Assembly (NCBI GenBank): GCA_048885525.1
Contig: JBHLLP010000016.1
Location: 1-64,000, forward strand
Length of the DNA: 64,000 bases
Direction of reading: 5' to 3'
Source of the DNA: Candidatus Hermodarchaeota archaeon
GTDB lineage: Archaea > Asgardarchaeota > Lokiarchaeia > Sigyniarchaeales > SOKP01
Position 1 is the stretch's first letter, and the number at the start of each line of letters is the position of its first letter. A program made the translations under genes and the position numbers. Below are positions 30,057 to 40,894 of this stretch, piece after piece. The notes beneath the pieces are model-generated. The model had not been told where the DNA came from. It ran no database searches and saw only the letters and a list, made by a program, of their open reading frames with translations.

Positions 30057-30434
30057 ATGTATCAGATTGAAAAAATTGGGAAGTATCACCTTTATATTAA
30101 AGTATTAGGTACTTTTCCTCCATCTATTGCTAAACAATTTATCAACCACTTTAATGAAAAGATAAAAGGTTTAAAAGAATTCTCTGTTATAGTTGATGGT
30201 ATAGATCTTATAATATTGAATCTTAAATCATTCGAAATTGTTTTAGATCTCCTTAAAAAAAATAATCAAAAGCTAGTAAAATCTGCTTATATCATTGCAG
30301 GGAATCCTGTTTTGGATAAAGAAGCTCAAATTTTACTGGATAGGGCAGATTCTCCAAAAAGAAAAATTGTATCAACCCTAAAAGAAGCAAAAGAATGGAT
30401 CGGTTTAAGTGAAATTATTATCCACAAAGATTAG
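30057..30434 (+). CDS. SpoIIAA/STAS-SEC14-like small protein
   Basis: VIVD, SAYII and ..T.KEAKEWI pattern. Confidence 0.6.
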   Translation: MYQIEKIGKYHLYIKVLGTFPPSIAKQFINHFNEKIKGLKEFSVIVDGIDLIILNLKSFEIVLDLLKKNNQKLVKSAYIIAGNPVLDKEAQILLDRADSPKRKIVSTLKEAKEWIGLSEIIIHKD

Positions 30435-30446
30435 TGGGAGACATTA

Positions 30447-31247
30447 TTACGTTATTTTTAACCTTTTTCTACATAAATCTATTGCTTTTGGATTATTATC
30501 AACACCAATCCATTTTCTATTTAATCTACTTGCAACAGCCAAAGTTGTACCCGTTCCACAAAAAAAATCAGCAACAAGATCTCCCTTGTTTGATGACGCT
30601 AATATAATCCGTTCTAATAATCCTTCTGGTTTCTGAGTAGGATATGCTAAATATTCTTTTGATCTTGTAGTGGTTTGAAAAGAATAAATATCATTCCAGA
30701 CATCACCCACTGCATTACCTGGCTTTTCATCCAAATATTGTTTCCCTCCTCGACGTTTTCTATAAAGACGGCCATCTTCATCCCGGTACCGAAACATTTT
30801 TTTGATATATTCCTCTTTATATGGTGTATATTGCTTGTTAAAGGTATAATTATCTGATTTTGTATAATACAAAATTGTATCATGCTGTCTTACCCAACCT
30901 CTTACTTGACTTTTAAATCCTGATACACTACCTACATTCCAAATAACTTCTCTTCTAAAACAACTTCGTCCAAAAACTTTATCACATAAAATTTTTAATT
31001 CAAAAACGGCATTTGGATCACAATGACAATAAAAACTTCCAGTTTCTTTAAGAATTCTATGCATTTCTTTAATCCGTATCTTCATAAAATTCAAATATTC
31101 CTCTAAAGAGTTCCATGAGTCAGAAAATTCCTTATAATCTACTCCACTATAAAAAGGGGGATCAATGTAAATCAAATCAACAAATTTGGAACTTAATTTT
31201 CTTAAAAATTCTAGATTCTCTGCTAGGTATACCGTGTTTAATTTCAT
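30447..31247 (-). CDS. Beta-class N6A/N4C DNA methyltransferase (orphan)
   Basis: IDPPF (motif IV) before DFFCGTGTT (motif I); YPTQKPE.LL.RII. Confidence 0.92.
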   Translation of the reverse strand: MKLNTVYLAENLEFLRKLSSKFVDLIYIDPPFYSGVDYKEFSDSWNSLEEYLNFMKIRIKEMHRILKETGSFYCHCDPNAVFELKILCDKVFGRSCFRREVIWNVGSVSGFKSQVRGWVRQHDTILYYTKSDNYTFNKQYTPYKEEYIKKMFRYRDEDGRLYRKRRGGKQYLDEKPGNAVGDVWNDIYSFQTTTRSKEYLAYPTQKPEGLLERIILASSNKGDLVADFFCGTGTTLAVASRLNRKWIGVDNNPKAIDLCRKRLKIT

Positions 31248-31283
31248 ATAAAGATTAAAAAATTATTGAGATAAAAATATAAT

Positions 31284-31670
31284 ATGGAAAAAGAACGATT
31301 AAATAAGAATTTCTTGCAAGAATTTAATAAATTTGACTTTTCGAGAATTAAGGAATCAAAAATATTTCTTGTTGGATCTATAAAGTTTAAAGACTATTTT
31401 ATCAAAATTGAATCTATTCTGCAAATTAAATATAATAAATTAGTCTCAATTTGTTCTGTTGACGGTCTCCTAAACAAAAACAATTTTGCTCCAAAAGAAT
31501 GGGAAAAATTACAAGAAGTCGCTTTAAGAAAATTACAATATCAAGAAGCTATTCTGGTTTTGGATGTGAATAATTATGTCGGAGATCAATCACAAGAAGA
31601 GATAGACTATTTTAAAATGAAGTTGAAAAGGCCCATTTATTATTTATCAAAAATAAAAAAATCCGGATAG
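31284..31670 (+). CDS. Hypothetical protein (nucleoside deoxyribosyltransferase-like fold)
   Basis: IFLVGSIKF...ILVLDV.NYVG.....EI.Y pattern. Confidence 0.55.
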   Translation: MEKERLNKNFLQEFNKFDFSRIKESKIFLVGSIKFKDYFIKIESILQIKYNKLVSICSVDGLLNKNNFAPKEWEKLQEVALRKLQYQEAILVLDVNNYVGDQSQEEIDYFKMKLKRPIYYLSKIKKSG

Positions 31671-31825
31671 TGATATTATTAACATTTTTTACTTTTTTTA
31701 GTGGTTTAGTTGAAGTAAATTAATAAATTGATTAACTCACAATATTTTAAATTAAAGGTTGAATTTAAGTTGTAGATATATCAAATTGTATGTAATAATC
31801 AAAAATTTTAAGGTACCAGCTCAAA

Positions 31826-32794
31826 ATGGAATTGTTCCAGATTTTTTGGGACGATCATAATAAATTATTTTTAGAATTTAAAAAGAATCAAGAAGAACAA
31901 CTTTTATTTGTTCCAGAAAAAATAAAACGATTAATATTACAATTTGAAATTTCTAAACAAGAATTTCATCAAAATCAACCCCCCTATCTAATTGCTATTA
32001 AAAGATTATATCATTCATCTGAAACTTTATCATTCTCAATTGAGTTAGATGAGTTAATTAATACTGAAGGATTACTAATTAAAATTTTGCGGTTATCAAT
32101 TTTTCTTTATTCTGGTCGAAGATTTCAATATTTTTTTGAAGAAGCTTTCAAAATCTCTGATATTTGGATTAATGATGATTGTTATAATGGTTTTGAATTA
32201 GAGGATTTACAATTAAAAAAAAGAATTAAAGGTAAAATCACACAAGAAAAAATATTCCAAGAAATAAAAACTAGCATCCATGAAAATAAAGAAGAAAGGA
32301 CTTTACTTTATCAAAAGAGCAAAATAGAAAAATCTTCAGAAGAAGATTCTCTAGCATTATTGATAAGTGAAGGTAATAAAACATTGAAAAGAATAGAAAA
32401 TGCTTTACAGAACTTATCTTTATCATTTCAAAATATGCCAAATACAAATATTCAATATATTCCTCCAATTCCTGGTAAAAGAGATTCTGAACCAGGAATT
32501 GAGAGAATTAAGCTCCCTAAAAAGCCTGCTTTTATTCAAGGACAGATATCTTCTAATAAATTAATGGTCATCAAAGAGATGAAATCAATCTTTAAAGAAA
32601 ACATAGAAAAAAATACAGAATTCAATATTAAAGCCATATTAAAACCGCTATCTGAAGAGGAATTAAAAGCAATAATGCTTAATGATGAGGAATTAATTAA
32701 AAAAGAAGAAAAAGCCATTAAAAACCAAATTAAAAGACTTAAAAAACAAAAAGATAAAGAAATTCATTTAGAAAAATTGAAACCACCAAAATAA
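31826..32794 (+). CDS. Hypothetical protein
   Basis: 322-aa ORF, charged C-terminus. Confidence 0.7.
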   Translation: MELFQIFWDDHNKLFLEFKKNQEEQLLFVPEKIKRLILQFEISKQEFHQNQPPYLIAIKRLYHSSETLSFSIELDELINTEGLLIKILRLSIFLYSGRRFQYFFEEAFKISDIWINDDCYNGFELEDLQLKKRIKGKITQEKIFQEIKTSIHENKEERTLLYQKSKIEKSSEEDSLALLISEGNKTLKRIENALQNLSLSFQNMPNTNIQYIPPIPGKRDSEPGIERIKLPKKPAFIQGQISSNKLMVIKEMKSIFKENIEKNTEFNIKAILKPLSEEELKAIMLNDEELIKKEEKAIKNQIKRLKKQKDKEIHLEKLKPPK

Positions 32795-32931
32795 GTAATA
32801 AAATTTTATTTAATCACAAAAACTATAATTATCATCAAATCTATAATAGTTAAAAGATTTTACTTTATGAGAAATTTTTAATAATTTTCAAATATTCGTA
32901 TATCAAAAATACAATTAAATCGAGGTTAATA

Positions 32932-33711
32932 ATAATTTTACTGAATTATTTCATAGGTACAGCTGGAAGTGGGAAAAGTACACTAACTGGAATAATGAAA
33001 GATTATGTTGTGAATAGAGATTCAGAAATTTCCGCTATAACTTTAAATTTGGATCCAGGTGTAAGAGCTATGCTTTATCAACCTGATATTGATATAAGAG
33101 ATTATATTTTACTCGAGGAAATTATGGAAAAATACAGTTTAGGACCAAATGGAGCAATGATTTTAGCCTCTGATTTAATGGTAAATTATCTTGATGACTT
33201 AAAAAACGAAATTGATGATTACAATCCTGATTGGATTTTTGTAGATACAGCAGGACAGCTTGAACTTTTTGCATTTAGAGAAACGGGTCCATTAATTGCA
33301 AGTACCTTAGGTTTTGGTTCAATTCAAAGGGCTGTTACCTTTCTGTTTGACTCAAATTTTGTGCTTAGGCCAAATGGCTTTATTTCAACCTTATTATTAG
33401 CCGCTTCTGTTCAATTTAGATTCAAAAATATTTCTCAAATAAATGTACTGTCTAAAGTAGATCTATTAGATGAAGACCAAATAGAGATGATTCTTAATTG
33501 GAGTCAAGATTTTCAAGCTTTAGAGGATTCAACTAATGAACGTGAAAAAGGTTTAATTAGAGAATTATCAATGTTAATCTCAGAAGTATTCGTCCAATTA
33601 GGATCAACTTCAGAATTAATTCCTTGCTCAATTAAAGAAGAAGATGGTCTCGATTTATTATTTGGATATCTACAACGGATTTTTGATTCGGATAAATCTA
33701 AATTTTATTAG
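32932..33711 (+). CDS. GPN-loop GTPase; probable AUA start
   Basis: Walker A GTAGSGKST lies upstream of the first ATG (32995); LNLDPG, LGPNG and DTAGQLE motifs; GAGGT SD at 32922. Confidence 0.88.
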   Translation: MILLNYFIGTAGSGKSTLTGIMKDYVVNRDSEISAITLNLDPGVRAMLYQPDIDIRDYILLEEIMEKYSLGPNGAMILASDLMVNYLDDLKNEIDDYNPDWIFVDTAGQLELFAFRETGPLIASTLGFGSIQRAVTFLFDSNFVLRPNGFISTLLLAASVQFRFKNISQINVLSKVDLLDEDQIEMILNWSQDFQALEDSTNEREKGLIRELSMLISEVFVQLGSTSELIPCSIKEEDGLDLLFGYLQRIFDSDKSKFY

Positions 33712-33732
33712 AATTAACAAATGTAAGAAAAA

Positions 33733-34830
33733 ATGAAAATAATTGGACCTATTGCAGGGATGGGGAGCAGATTAAAACCATTTACTTTAAGTAAACCTAA
33801 AGCATTCTTAAAAGTTGCCGGAAAAACAGTTTTAGACCATATTCTTATTAAATTTTGTAAGACATTTGATAATAATACAGAATTAATTTTAATTGTAGGT
33901 TATAAAAAGCGGCAGATAATAGAATATATAAAAAATCATTATAGTGAAAAATTTAAATTAACATTTATTGAACAGCTTCCAAGAGGATACAAAGAAGGCA
34001 TACCATATTATTGGGGTTTAGGGGAAGCGGTCTATTTGGCGCATTCAAGATTTAAAAAATCAAAATCGAAAAGTATAGAAGAAGATAAACGAGAAGGATC
34101 TCTGATTTTCCTAAGTGATATGATACCAATTGATGAATTTTCTTATCTTTTATATAAATATTGGGAATCCGATGTAGACGGAATAATAACCGTTATGAAA
34201 GTACCAAAAGTGGATGCAAGTTCTTATGGAATTGTTACTATTGATAAGGATAATTTGATTCAAAAATTGGTTGAAAAACCAAAGAAATTTATATCAAATC
34301 TAGCTATTGCAGGTCCATATGCTTTTTCAAATACAGCTACTTGTGCATTGTTTAAAAATCTTAAGCAATATCTGGATCAGAGGACGAAGGATTCTACAGA
34401 AGTCTATATGACAGAAAGTTTACAAGATCTGGTAGATCAAGGTTACAAAATCGCTGCTGTTGAATTAAAGCAAGGAATCTTGGATTTTGGAAGGCCTTCT
34501 GAGCTTTTAAATGGAAATAAGTATCTTTTAAAACAAAATTCTATTGGAGTTCAAGACTTTCAAAATTTAGGAATATTAGTCGAGAGGTCCTTTTTAAAGA
34601 ATCCTATTTATCTAGGAAAGAATACGAAAATAATGAACTCTGTAATTGGACCATACGTTTCCATAGGTGATGATTCATATATTGAGAGTTGTATTTTAGA
34701 AAATTGTGTTATTGAAGAGAAAGTTCATCTTAATAATATTATATCACAAAATTCAATTATAGGGAATAATGTAAAAGTTGAAAATATTAGCAAAGATAAT
34801 TTAATAATTGGCGATAAAAGTGTTTATTAA
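33733..34830 (+). CDS. Sugar-1-phosphate nucleotidyltransferase with C-terminal LbH domain
   Basis: AGMGSRLKPFT..KPK, VEKP, hexapeptide repeats. Confidence 0.9.
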   Translation: MKIIGPIAGMGSRLKPFTLSKPKAFLKVAGKTVLDHILIKFCKTFDNNTELILIVGYKKRQIIEYIKNHYSEKFKLTFIEQLPRGYKEGIPYYWGLGEAVYLAHSRFKKSKSKSIEEDKREGSLIFLSDMIPIDEFSYLLYKYWESDVDGIITVMKVPKVDASSYGIVTIDKDNLIQKLVEKPKKFISNLAIAGPYAFSNTATCALFKNLKQYLDQRTKDSTEVYMTESLQDLVDQGYKIAAVELKQGILDFGRPSELLNGNKYLLKQNSIGVQDFQNLGILVERSFLKNPIYLGKNTKIMNSVIGPYVSIGDDSYIESCILENCVIEEKVHLNNIISQNSIIGNNVKVENISKDNLIIGDKSVY

Positions 34831-34984
34831 ATAATTATGCTTTTGTTTTAAAACTCGAAAATAAGAAGTTTTAACTCCGATATATTATAGTTAAATATTA
34901 ATTATAGAAATATTAAAATACTACATAATAATAACAAGAAATTAGTTAACTAAAAAATAAAAAAACTATTTTAAATGATTCGAA

Positions 34985-36361
34985 ATGTCATATCATGTCG
35001 CTTTTGATGTTTCTCATAAACCAAGAGGGAGAATTGATGAAAATCTAACTGAACTCCGAGATTATTTAAATTCAAATAACTTTATTTGTTATAATTATTT
35101 GGAAGTACCAATTACAGAAGAAACCCTAGCGCCTTATGATATTCTAGTTTTTGTGTGCCCCGATTTTGCCAGAATCTCTGCTTTTGAAATTTCTGCTATT
35201 GTAAATTGGGTTAAGAATTCTGGTGGAGGTTTATTATTATTATCTCATGCAGGTGGAGATAAAGGTCGTGGAAGTAATTTAACTGAAATTTCAGAACAAT
35301 TTGGAATTGCTTTTGAAAATGATCAAGTGTTGGATGAAACAACTAACCTAGGAGTAGAGAATATTCCATTAATCTCTGCCTTTAATATACCTCATCCAAT
35401 TACCGCAGAAATAGGTTCCCTCTGTTATAGATCAGGATGTTCGCTAACAATAATCGGAAGTGGTGCTTTCTCAATCGCAGATTCAAATGAAACTTCTGAA
35501 CCTTTCTCTTGTCCTCTCATTTGTGTTTCAGAACCAGAAAATGGAAGAGTATGTTGCATTGGCAGTTATGAGATGTTTAGAGATAAGATTGGAGGGGGTT
35601 TTGAATGTAGTGAACATCCACAATTAATATTAAATATTTTTAAATGGCTTATCTCTGACTATCGAATGGAATTAAGATCTAACGTTGATCTTCCCGCACC
35701 TATTGCTCAATCAGTTGCAAGTTCTATAAAAATACCAGATGAAAAGGAAATTCCTATACCATCAGTTCAAACTGATAAAAGATCAATAGATATTGATTTT
35801 TCAATGAAAATCTCTAAAAAAAGTGAGTTAGTAGAGTTATTGAAAATTTTTCAAAAACAAATTAATACAATTAAATCCACAATTGATAGGTTAGTAGAGA
35901 AGTCACTAGCCTCAGAGAATGAAATTTTTGAGCAAGAAACCTTAAAAACACCACAATCACCAGATTCATATCAGACACTTAAAAAAAGTGAACAAGAGGA
36001 TATAGATGAAAGTACTGAAAAAATAAGTAAAGGAATTTATGAAGAACTAGGAGTTCCAGAAGAACCTACCTTAACCGCTTTACCGCCAAAACCAGAAAGT
36101 TTGAAAAAAGACGAACAGGAATTAAAACCTCCACCAAAACTTAAAACGAAATCTAAATCGAAAAAGGATTTAAAAAATGAAAAAGAAGGTTTAAAAACAA
36201 AATTAAGCTCAGTTCAAGATTTATTGAAATTTCTTGATAAAAAACATTCATCGGGAAAATTAAATGACGATGAATACGTTAAACGCTCAAAAAAACTTCA
36301 AAATGATTTGAAAAAGACAAAAAAAAGAATAGATATAATTGACAAGCTTTTAGAAAAATAA
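34985..36361 (+). CDS. GIFT/IFT52-like (DUF4350-type) domain protein with C-terminal coiled coil
   Basis: FDVSH, YDILVFVCP, EI.AI..WV..GGGLLLL, FGI.FEND.VLD, HPIT, GRV...G. Confidence 0.7.
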   Translation: MSYHVAFDVSHKPRGRIDENLTELRDYLNSNNFICYNYLEVPITEETLAPYDILVFVCPDFARISAFEISAIVNWVKNSGGGLLLLSHAGGDKGRGSNLTEISEQFGIAFENDQVLDETTNLGVENIPLISAFNIPHPITAEIGSLCYRSGCSLTIIGSGAFSIADSNETSEPFSCPLICVSEPENGRVCCIGSYEMFRDKIGGGFECSEHPQLILNIFKWLISDYRMELRSNVDLPAPIAQSVASSIKIPDEKEIPIPSVQTDKRSIDIDFSMKISKKSELVELLKIFQKQINTIKSTIDRLVEKSLASENEIFEQETLKTPQSPDSYQTLKKSEQEDIDESTEKISKGIYEELGVPEEPTLTALPPKPESLKKDEQELKPPPKLKTKSKSKKDLKNEKEGLKTKLSSVQDLLKFLDKKHSSGKLNDDEYVKRSKKLQNDLKKTKKRIDIIDKLLEK

Positions 36362-36460
36362 ATTGAATACAACATTCATTTTTTATTCTTTTTTAATAAT
36401 TTCACTTTTTTCTGGATAGTCTACAATAAAAGGAAAAACTAGGTACTAATATTAAAAAAC

Positions 36461-36880
36461 TTATTTAATTACGTCCGTAATAAAGCAAGTTTCCACGATT
36501 TTAACTCCTTTAATCTGAGAAATCTTTTCTTCTATTAATGGATTGAAATTTTCGATTGAGGGGATTTCTACTCTCATAAATAATCCGCAATCTCCTGAAA
36601 GTCTCCATATATCAGTGATTTCTTCAATTTCTAAGAGTTCTTTTAAAATTCGTTTAATTTCTTTGAAATCTGGTTCAACTTTTACAGTAGCTCTCGTACG
36701 AGGTTTATTATCTACTGTATATTCAATAGTAAATCTTTTTATAATGCCATCATCAGTCAATTTTTTGACCCTTCTTCTTATAGTTGCCTCAGTTTTTCCT
36801 ACATTTTGAGAAATATCATTAAATGACATTCTACTATTCTCTTTTAATAATTCCAAAATCTTTAGATCAACTATATCCAT
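36461..36880 (-). CDS. Lrp/AsnC transcriptional regulator
   Basis: MDIVDLKILELLKENSRMSF..I....G..EATIRRRVKKL. Confidence 0.92.
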   Translation of the reverse strand: MDIVDLKILELLKENSRMSFNDISQNVGKTEATIRRRVKKLTDDGIIKRFTIEYTVDNKPRTRATVKVEPDFKEIKRILKELLEIEEITDIWRLSGDCGLFMRVEIPSIENFNPLIEEKISQIKGVKIVETCFITDVIK

Positions 36881-37151
36881 AATATTGAAACCACGAATAT
36901 TTATATCCTTTTTATACAAATAATTTAACTTTATTATTAAATGTGACGAATAACATATATAAAAACTTTCATTTCATTCTCAAGTTCATAAATTTTTTTC
37001 TCATTCGAAAATACTTTTGTATGAAAATGTTTATCACTCTATTAATAAAAAATAAACTAAATATAATATTGTAAAAAATAATTAAAATTCAGATTTTATG
37101 TTATAATTATTAATATATAAAATAAAAACAAAAAAACAGAAAATAAATTTT

Positions 37152-40076
37152 TTATTTTCTTTTAAGTAATACCAGTAAAATTACTCCAAGACAACCAAGT
37201 GCCAGTAAAATACCACCAGCTAAAGCGAATCCTAAGAACAAATTATTTGCATACGTATATATATCAGTCGGCAAATTCATTTTTTCCTGTATGGCAGGAA
37301 AAGAATATTCTGAGTTAACTTTCGATAACCATACCAGAACTGCATCCATTTGAGTGTCAGTTAAAGAATAAAGATTTTGTAGATAAATGTATACACTCCC
37401 ATTTTGCATTGCAGCAAACCAGTTTGAAATTCCCTTAGTATGTATTAGGCAATTTTCTCTCTTTTCTATTTCAATCTCTCTAACAGGTACGGAAAAAGGT
37501 GTCTCCCCCCATAAATCTACAGATTCAGATTGAGTAATATAACTCTTAACAGGAATCCCTAACTCCCAATCTGATAGAATAGGTAAACCGAAAGTAGGAT
37601 CAAGATCAATGCCATCAATAAAGAGCGTGCCATTAGTCCATTGGCGATGGAATTCAAATCCTGCCAGATCAGTTAAAGTTTCTCCAGTTAAATCAAATAC
37701 AACATTCGGAACAACATTTTGTTTAAATGAAATAAACAACCAGTCAAGAATCAAATCAATTTGATCTGTGCTTAAATCAAATAATGCGATTAATTCATTT
37801 TCTGCAACTGAATCACCTTCAAAAGCATCAATCCATTTTAAAATTCCAATATTATGAATAAATGAAGACGAATTAATTACATTAAATAAATCCCATACAA
37901 TATTCGATGAAATATTAGATTTAATAGGAATTCCCACTTCAAATCCAGTGAGGCCATCCCCCAGATCAAGTCCTGTCGGGACAATAGTTCCATTTGCCCA
38001 TTGTTCTAAAAATAACATTTCAGCATACTCCCGTGTAGTTAATCTAAATCCTAGAGGTTCCTGAACAATGAAAACAATTGGAACGAGAGTCTCTTTTATT
38101 ATCGTCGTTAACCAAGTATATAACTTATCAAATTGAACCTGTGTTAAATTTAAAGTTGTATTTAGCTCATTTTGTTTTGCTTGATCCCCGTTTGCAGCTT
38201 TATACCATTTAACAATGCCAGTCTCATTTACAATACCATCTGGATTTATAGGATCCCAGAGATCAACAGTTGTTTCTATTAAAATATCTGATCTTGTTGG
38301 CCTACCTACTTCTAAGCCTGTTTGTCCAGCTCCAGCAAGTTGATCCTCTATTATGTAATCATTAATATATCTGCCCAAATAATCTAGATGAACATCCCAA
38401 GTTGCATTATATACCGTTTCCATTAAAGTCCTGTTTGTACCAATATTTAAGCGTGCTGATTCATAGAATTTAAGCCAATCAAGTAGACCAAAACCAGTTT
38501 CAATTTGAGTTAATATGCCTGGATAACCTTCATATCCATCCAAAAGTCTATTCTGTGCTTCTTGTGTATATCCAAGACTGATGTTAGCTCCAAAAAATGT
38601 ATATTCTGTCACCCCCTTTAATGGAGTAGTAAAGTTAATTCGAAACATCCAGTTATTGAAAAATGCCTCTCTAACCTCTTCTTCATCAAATAGAGGTCTG
38701 GCTATTACTTTATCAAGTTCAGTTTTAATTAGATTTGCAGCTAGCCTTGTTTTTAACATGTCTCCAATTAGGATATGTAGTTCATTAAGTTGGATTCCAG
38801 TAGGGAAAATTGAGGCATTTGCCCATTGAGAGTAAAAATCTCTTAATCCTGCAGTCTCTAACGTTAGTCCTTCTAAAGCGAGTTGGTCAGGAATTATAAC
38901 TTCAAAAATATATTGAGTGAGGTAAGATGTAAGGTTGCTAAGTTGATAAAATGTAGCATTATATTGTGCTTGCATAGCAGCATCCCCTGATGTTTCTGAG
39001 TAATACTCTAGATAATCCAAAACACCCTCACCATAGAAAATGTTTTCTAATAATCCTGGAGCGGTAGAATAACCATATAACAATCTTTGCTGAGCTGTTG
39101 AGGTATAATTGAAGCTATTCGATCCTGTTGTTCCATATTCTGAGATACCTTCAATTAATGAAGTAACATTAATGGTTGACGTCCAATTAGGATCATTAAA
39201 GAACAGTTCTCTTGTTCTCCAAGGGGCATATTCAGAGGGTATCATGCCATAAATTGCATTAAAGATGTCAGGAACGATAGAATTCCACAAATAGTTGGAA
39301 ATATAGTTAGCTACCGCTGTTAATTGATTCCAAGTCGAATCATAAACTGTTTGCATCGTACTATTGTAAGTAATAGGATCAATTGTTGCATTTTGGTAAA
39401 ATTCCATATAATCTAAAATACCAGTACCATTCTCAATCTCTTTAATTAGACCGGGATTATTAAGATATCCATATAATAATCTCTGTTGAGCAGTTGCAGT
39501 AAAATCGAGCGAGCTATTGCTCCCTGTTGCAAATTCTGATACACCCATTATAACAGTAGAATAATCAACCTGAAATGTATAATTATTGAAAAATTCATTA
39601 ATTGCATAAGGTTGAGTAGTTGAATTTCCAGTAATAACTTGAACTAATGTATTGTTAATGATTTCTGCTGAGTATTTACCATTGATATGATCAAGAATAT
39701 CAGATGATACCGCCTCAAGACTATCCTGTATCAAATTGGCTGTCATCGATCCATTTATTCTTTCTAAAAACAATGGTATAGAAAGATTCTGAAGATATTG
39801 AAGCGTACTAGGAATAGCTCTGACTTCAACAATTTCATCCTTTATAAATTCAGTTTCCTCTTCCTGAATTCGTGGTAAGACCTCTGTTATTCCTAAACCA
39901 AGATATTGAGCTTCAATTTCTTCTATTGCTTCTTGTTGAATTGTTAACAGAGTATTTGGAACATTTGCTGCGACTTGATCTCTCAGATATCCATTTAAAA
40001 TATATCCAGTTGGTATTAAACCAATACCAATTGTCAATAAAATGACTGAAATATTTATTTTTGATTTATTTAACAT
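37152..40076 (-). CDS. Large membrane glycoprotein-like protein with N- and C-terminal TM helices and internal repeats
   Basis: Terminal hydrophobic helices; 3x AQ.RLL.GY...PG; 3x QW.N.(T/S)....G; many N-x-S/T sites. Confidence 0.75.
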   Translation of the reverse strand: MLNKSKINISVILLTIGIGLIPTGYILNGYLRDQVAANVPNTLLTIQQEAIEEIEAQYLGLGITEVLPRIQEEETEFIKDEIVEVRAIPSTLQYLQNLSIPLFLERINGSMTANLIQDSLEAVSSDILDHINGKYSAEIINNTLVQVITGNSTTQPYAINEFFNNYTFQVDYSTVIMGVSEFATGSNSSLDFTATAQQRLLYGYLNNPGLIKEIENGTGILDYMEFYQNATIDPITYNSTMQTVYDSTWNQLTAVANYISNYLWNSIVPDIFNAIYGMIPSEYAPWRTRELFFNDPNWTSTINVTSLIEGISEYGTTGSNSFNYTSTAQQRLLYGYSTAPGLLENIFYGEGVLDYLEYYSETSGDAAMQAQYNATFYQLSNLTSYLTQYIFEVIIPDQLALEGLTLETAGLRDFYSQWANASIFPTGIQLNELHILIGDMLKTRLAANLIKTELDKVIARPLFDEEEVREAFFNNWMFRINFTTPLKGVTEYTFFGANISLGYTQEAQNRLLDGYEGYPGILTQIETGFGLLDWLKFYESARLNIGTNRTLMETVYNATWDVHLDYLGRYINDYIIEDQLAGAGQTGLEVGRPTRSDILIETTVDLWDPINPDGIVNETGIVKWYKAANGDQAKQNELNTTLNLTQVQFDKLYTWLTTIIKETLVPIVFIVQEPLGFRLTTREYAEMLFLEQWANGTIVPTGLDLGDGLTGFEVGIPIKSNISSNIVWDLFNVINSSSFIHNIGILKWIDAFEGDSVAENELIALFDLSTDQIDLILDWLFISFKQNVVPNVVFDLTGETLTDLAGFEFHRQWTNGTLFIDGIDLDPTFGLPILSDWELGIPVKSYITQSESVDLWGETPFSVPVREIEIEKRENCLIHTKGISNWFAAMQNGSVYIYLQNLYSLTDTQMDAVLVWLSKVNSEYSFPAIQEKMNLPTDIYTYANNLFLGFALAGGILLALGCLGVILLVLLKRK

Positions 40077-40324
40077 AATAAATATTTTGTAGTGTCTAAT
40101 TTAAAATTTTCCAATAAAAATACTATAATATCCTTTATTATAATTCTTAATTTAAAATAGTAGAATAATTCAAAACTAAATTAGATTTCAGATTGTAATA
40201 AAAGAAAAAATAAAATCACTCTTAAAAATAATAAAATGTTGAAATATTTTGACAGATCAACAATAATAATATTACAAATACTCTTTCAATAAAAAAAAAA
40301 CTTTTTTATAGAGTTTATATTAAA

Positions 40325-40894
40325 ATGATTAATATGGAAAATCGAACAATATTAAATTTTTTTATACCTTTTGCTGTTATAAGTAGTGTTTTCTGTGGAC
40401 AAGTTTATAATTTTCTATTATTTTACCAAGCTACTACACTTGAATCTCATTGGTCAATTTTCACAACTGATTTTACTTTTGCAAACTTAATGGCTATTAC
40501 GTTTATCCTTTTCGCTCTAACTTTCTTAATTTCATTTTATTTCCAAAAGAAAGTTGCTAAAGAATCAATGATTATTGCAGCAATAATATTAATTGGGTTT
40601 AGTTGTATATATGCTAGTCTAATTTGGACATGGGAAGTAGTAATTTTAGTATTTCTTTTAACAGCTATAGCTACAGCTTATCTAATTCCTGTATTTGCAA
40701 GGTTAATTTCAGACAAAATATCTCGTGAGAAGTTAAACCAACGATCTGCACTAATTTTACCGGTAAGTGCACTAATCTGGATATTAATTTCACTTGTTCT
40801 TTTTCGGTTTTTTGGAGCATCCTCTTGGCGAATGCTTTATTTCATTACAGGAGTCATTAACATTTCATCATCATTCTTAATTTTCATGATTTAA
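40325..40894 (+). CDS. Six-TM membrane protein (half-MFS-like)
   Basis: Six hydrophobic helices; SWRMLYFITG resembles the MFS TM6 motif. Confidence 0.6.
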   Translation: MINMENRTILNFFIPFAVISSVFCGQVYNFLLFYQATTLESHWSIFTTDFTFANLMAITFILFALTFLISFYFQKKVAKESMIIAAIILIGFSCIYASLIWTWEVVILVFLLTAIATAYLIPVFARLISDKISREKLNQRSALILPVSALIWILISLVLFRFFGASSWRMLYFITGVINISSSFLIFMI

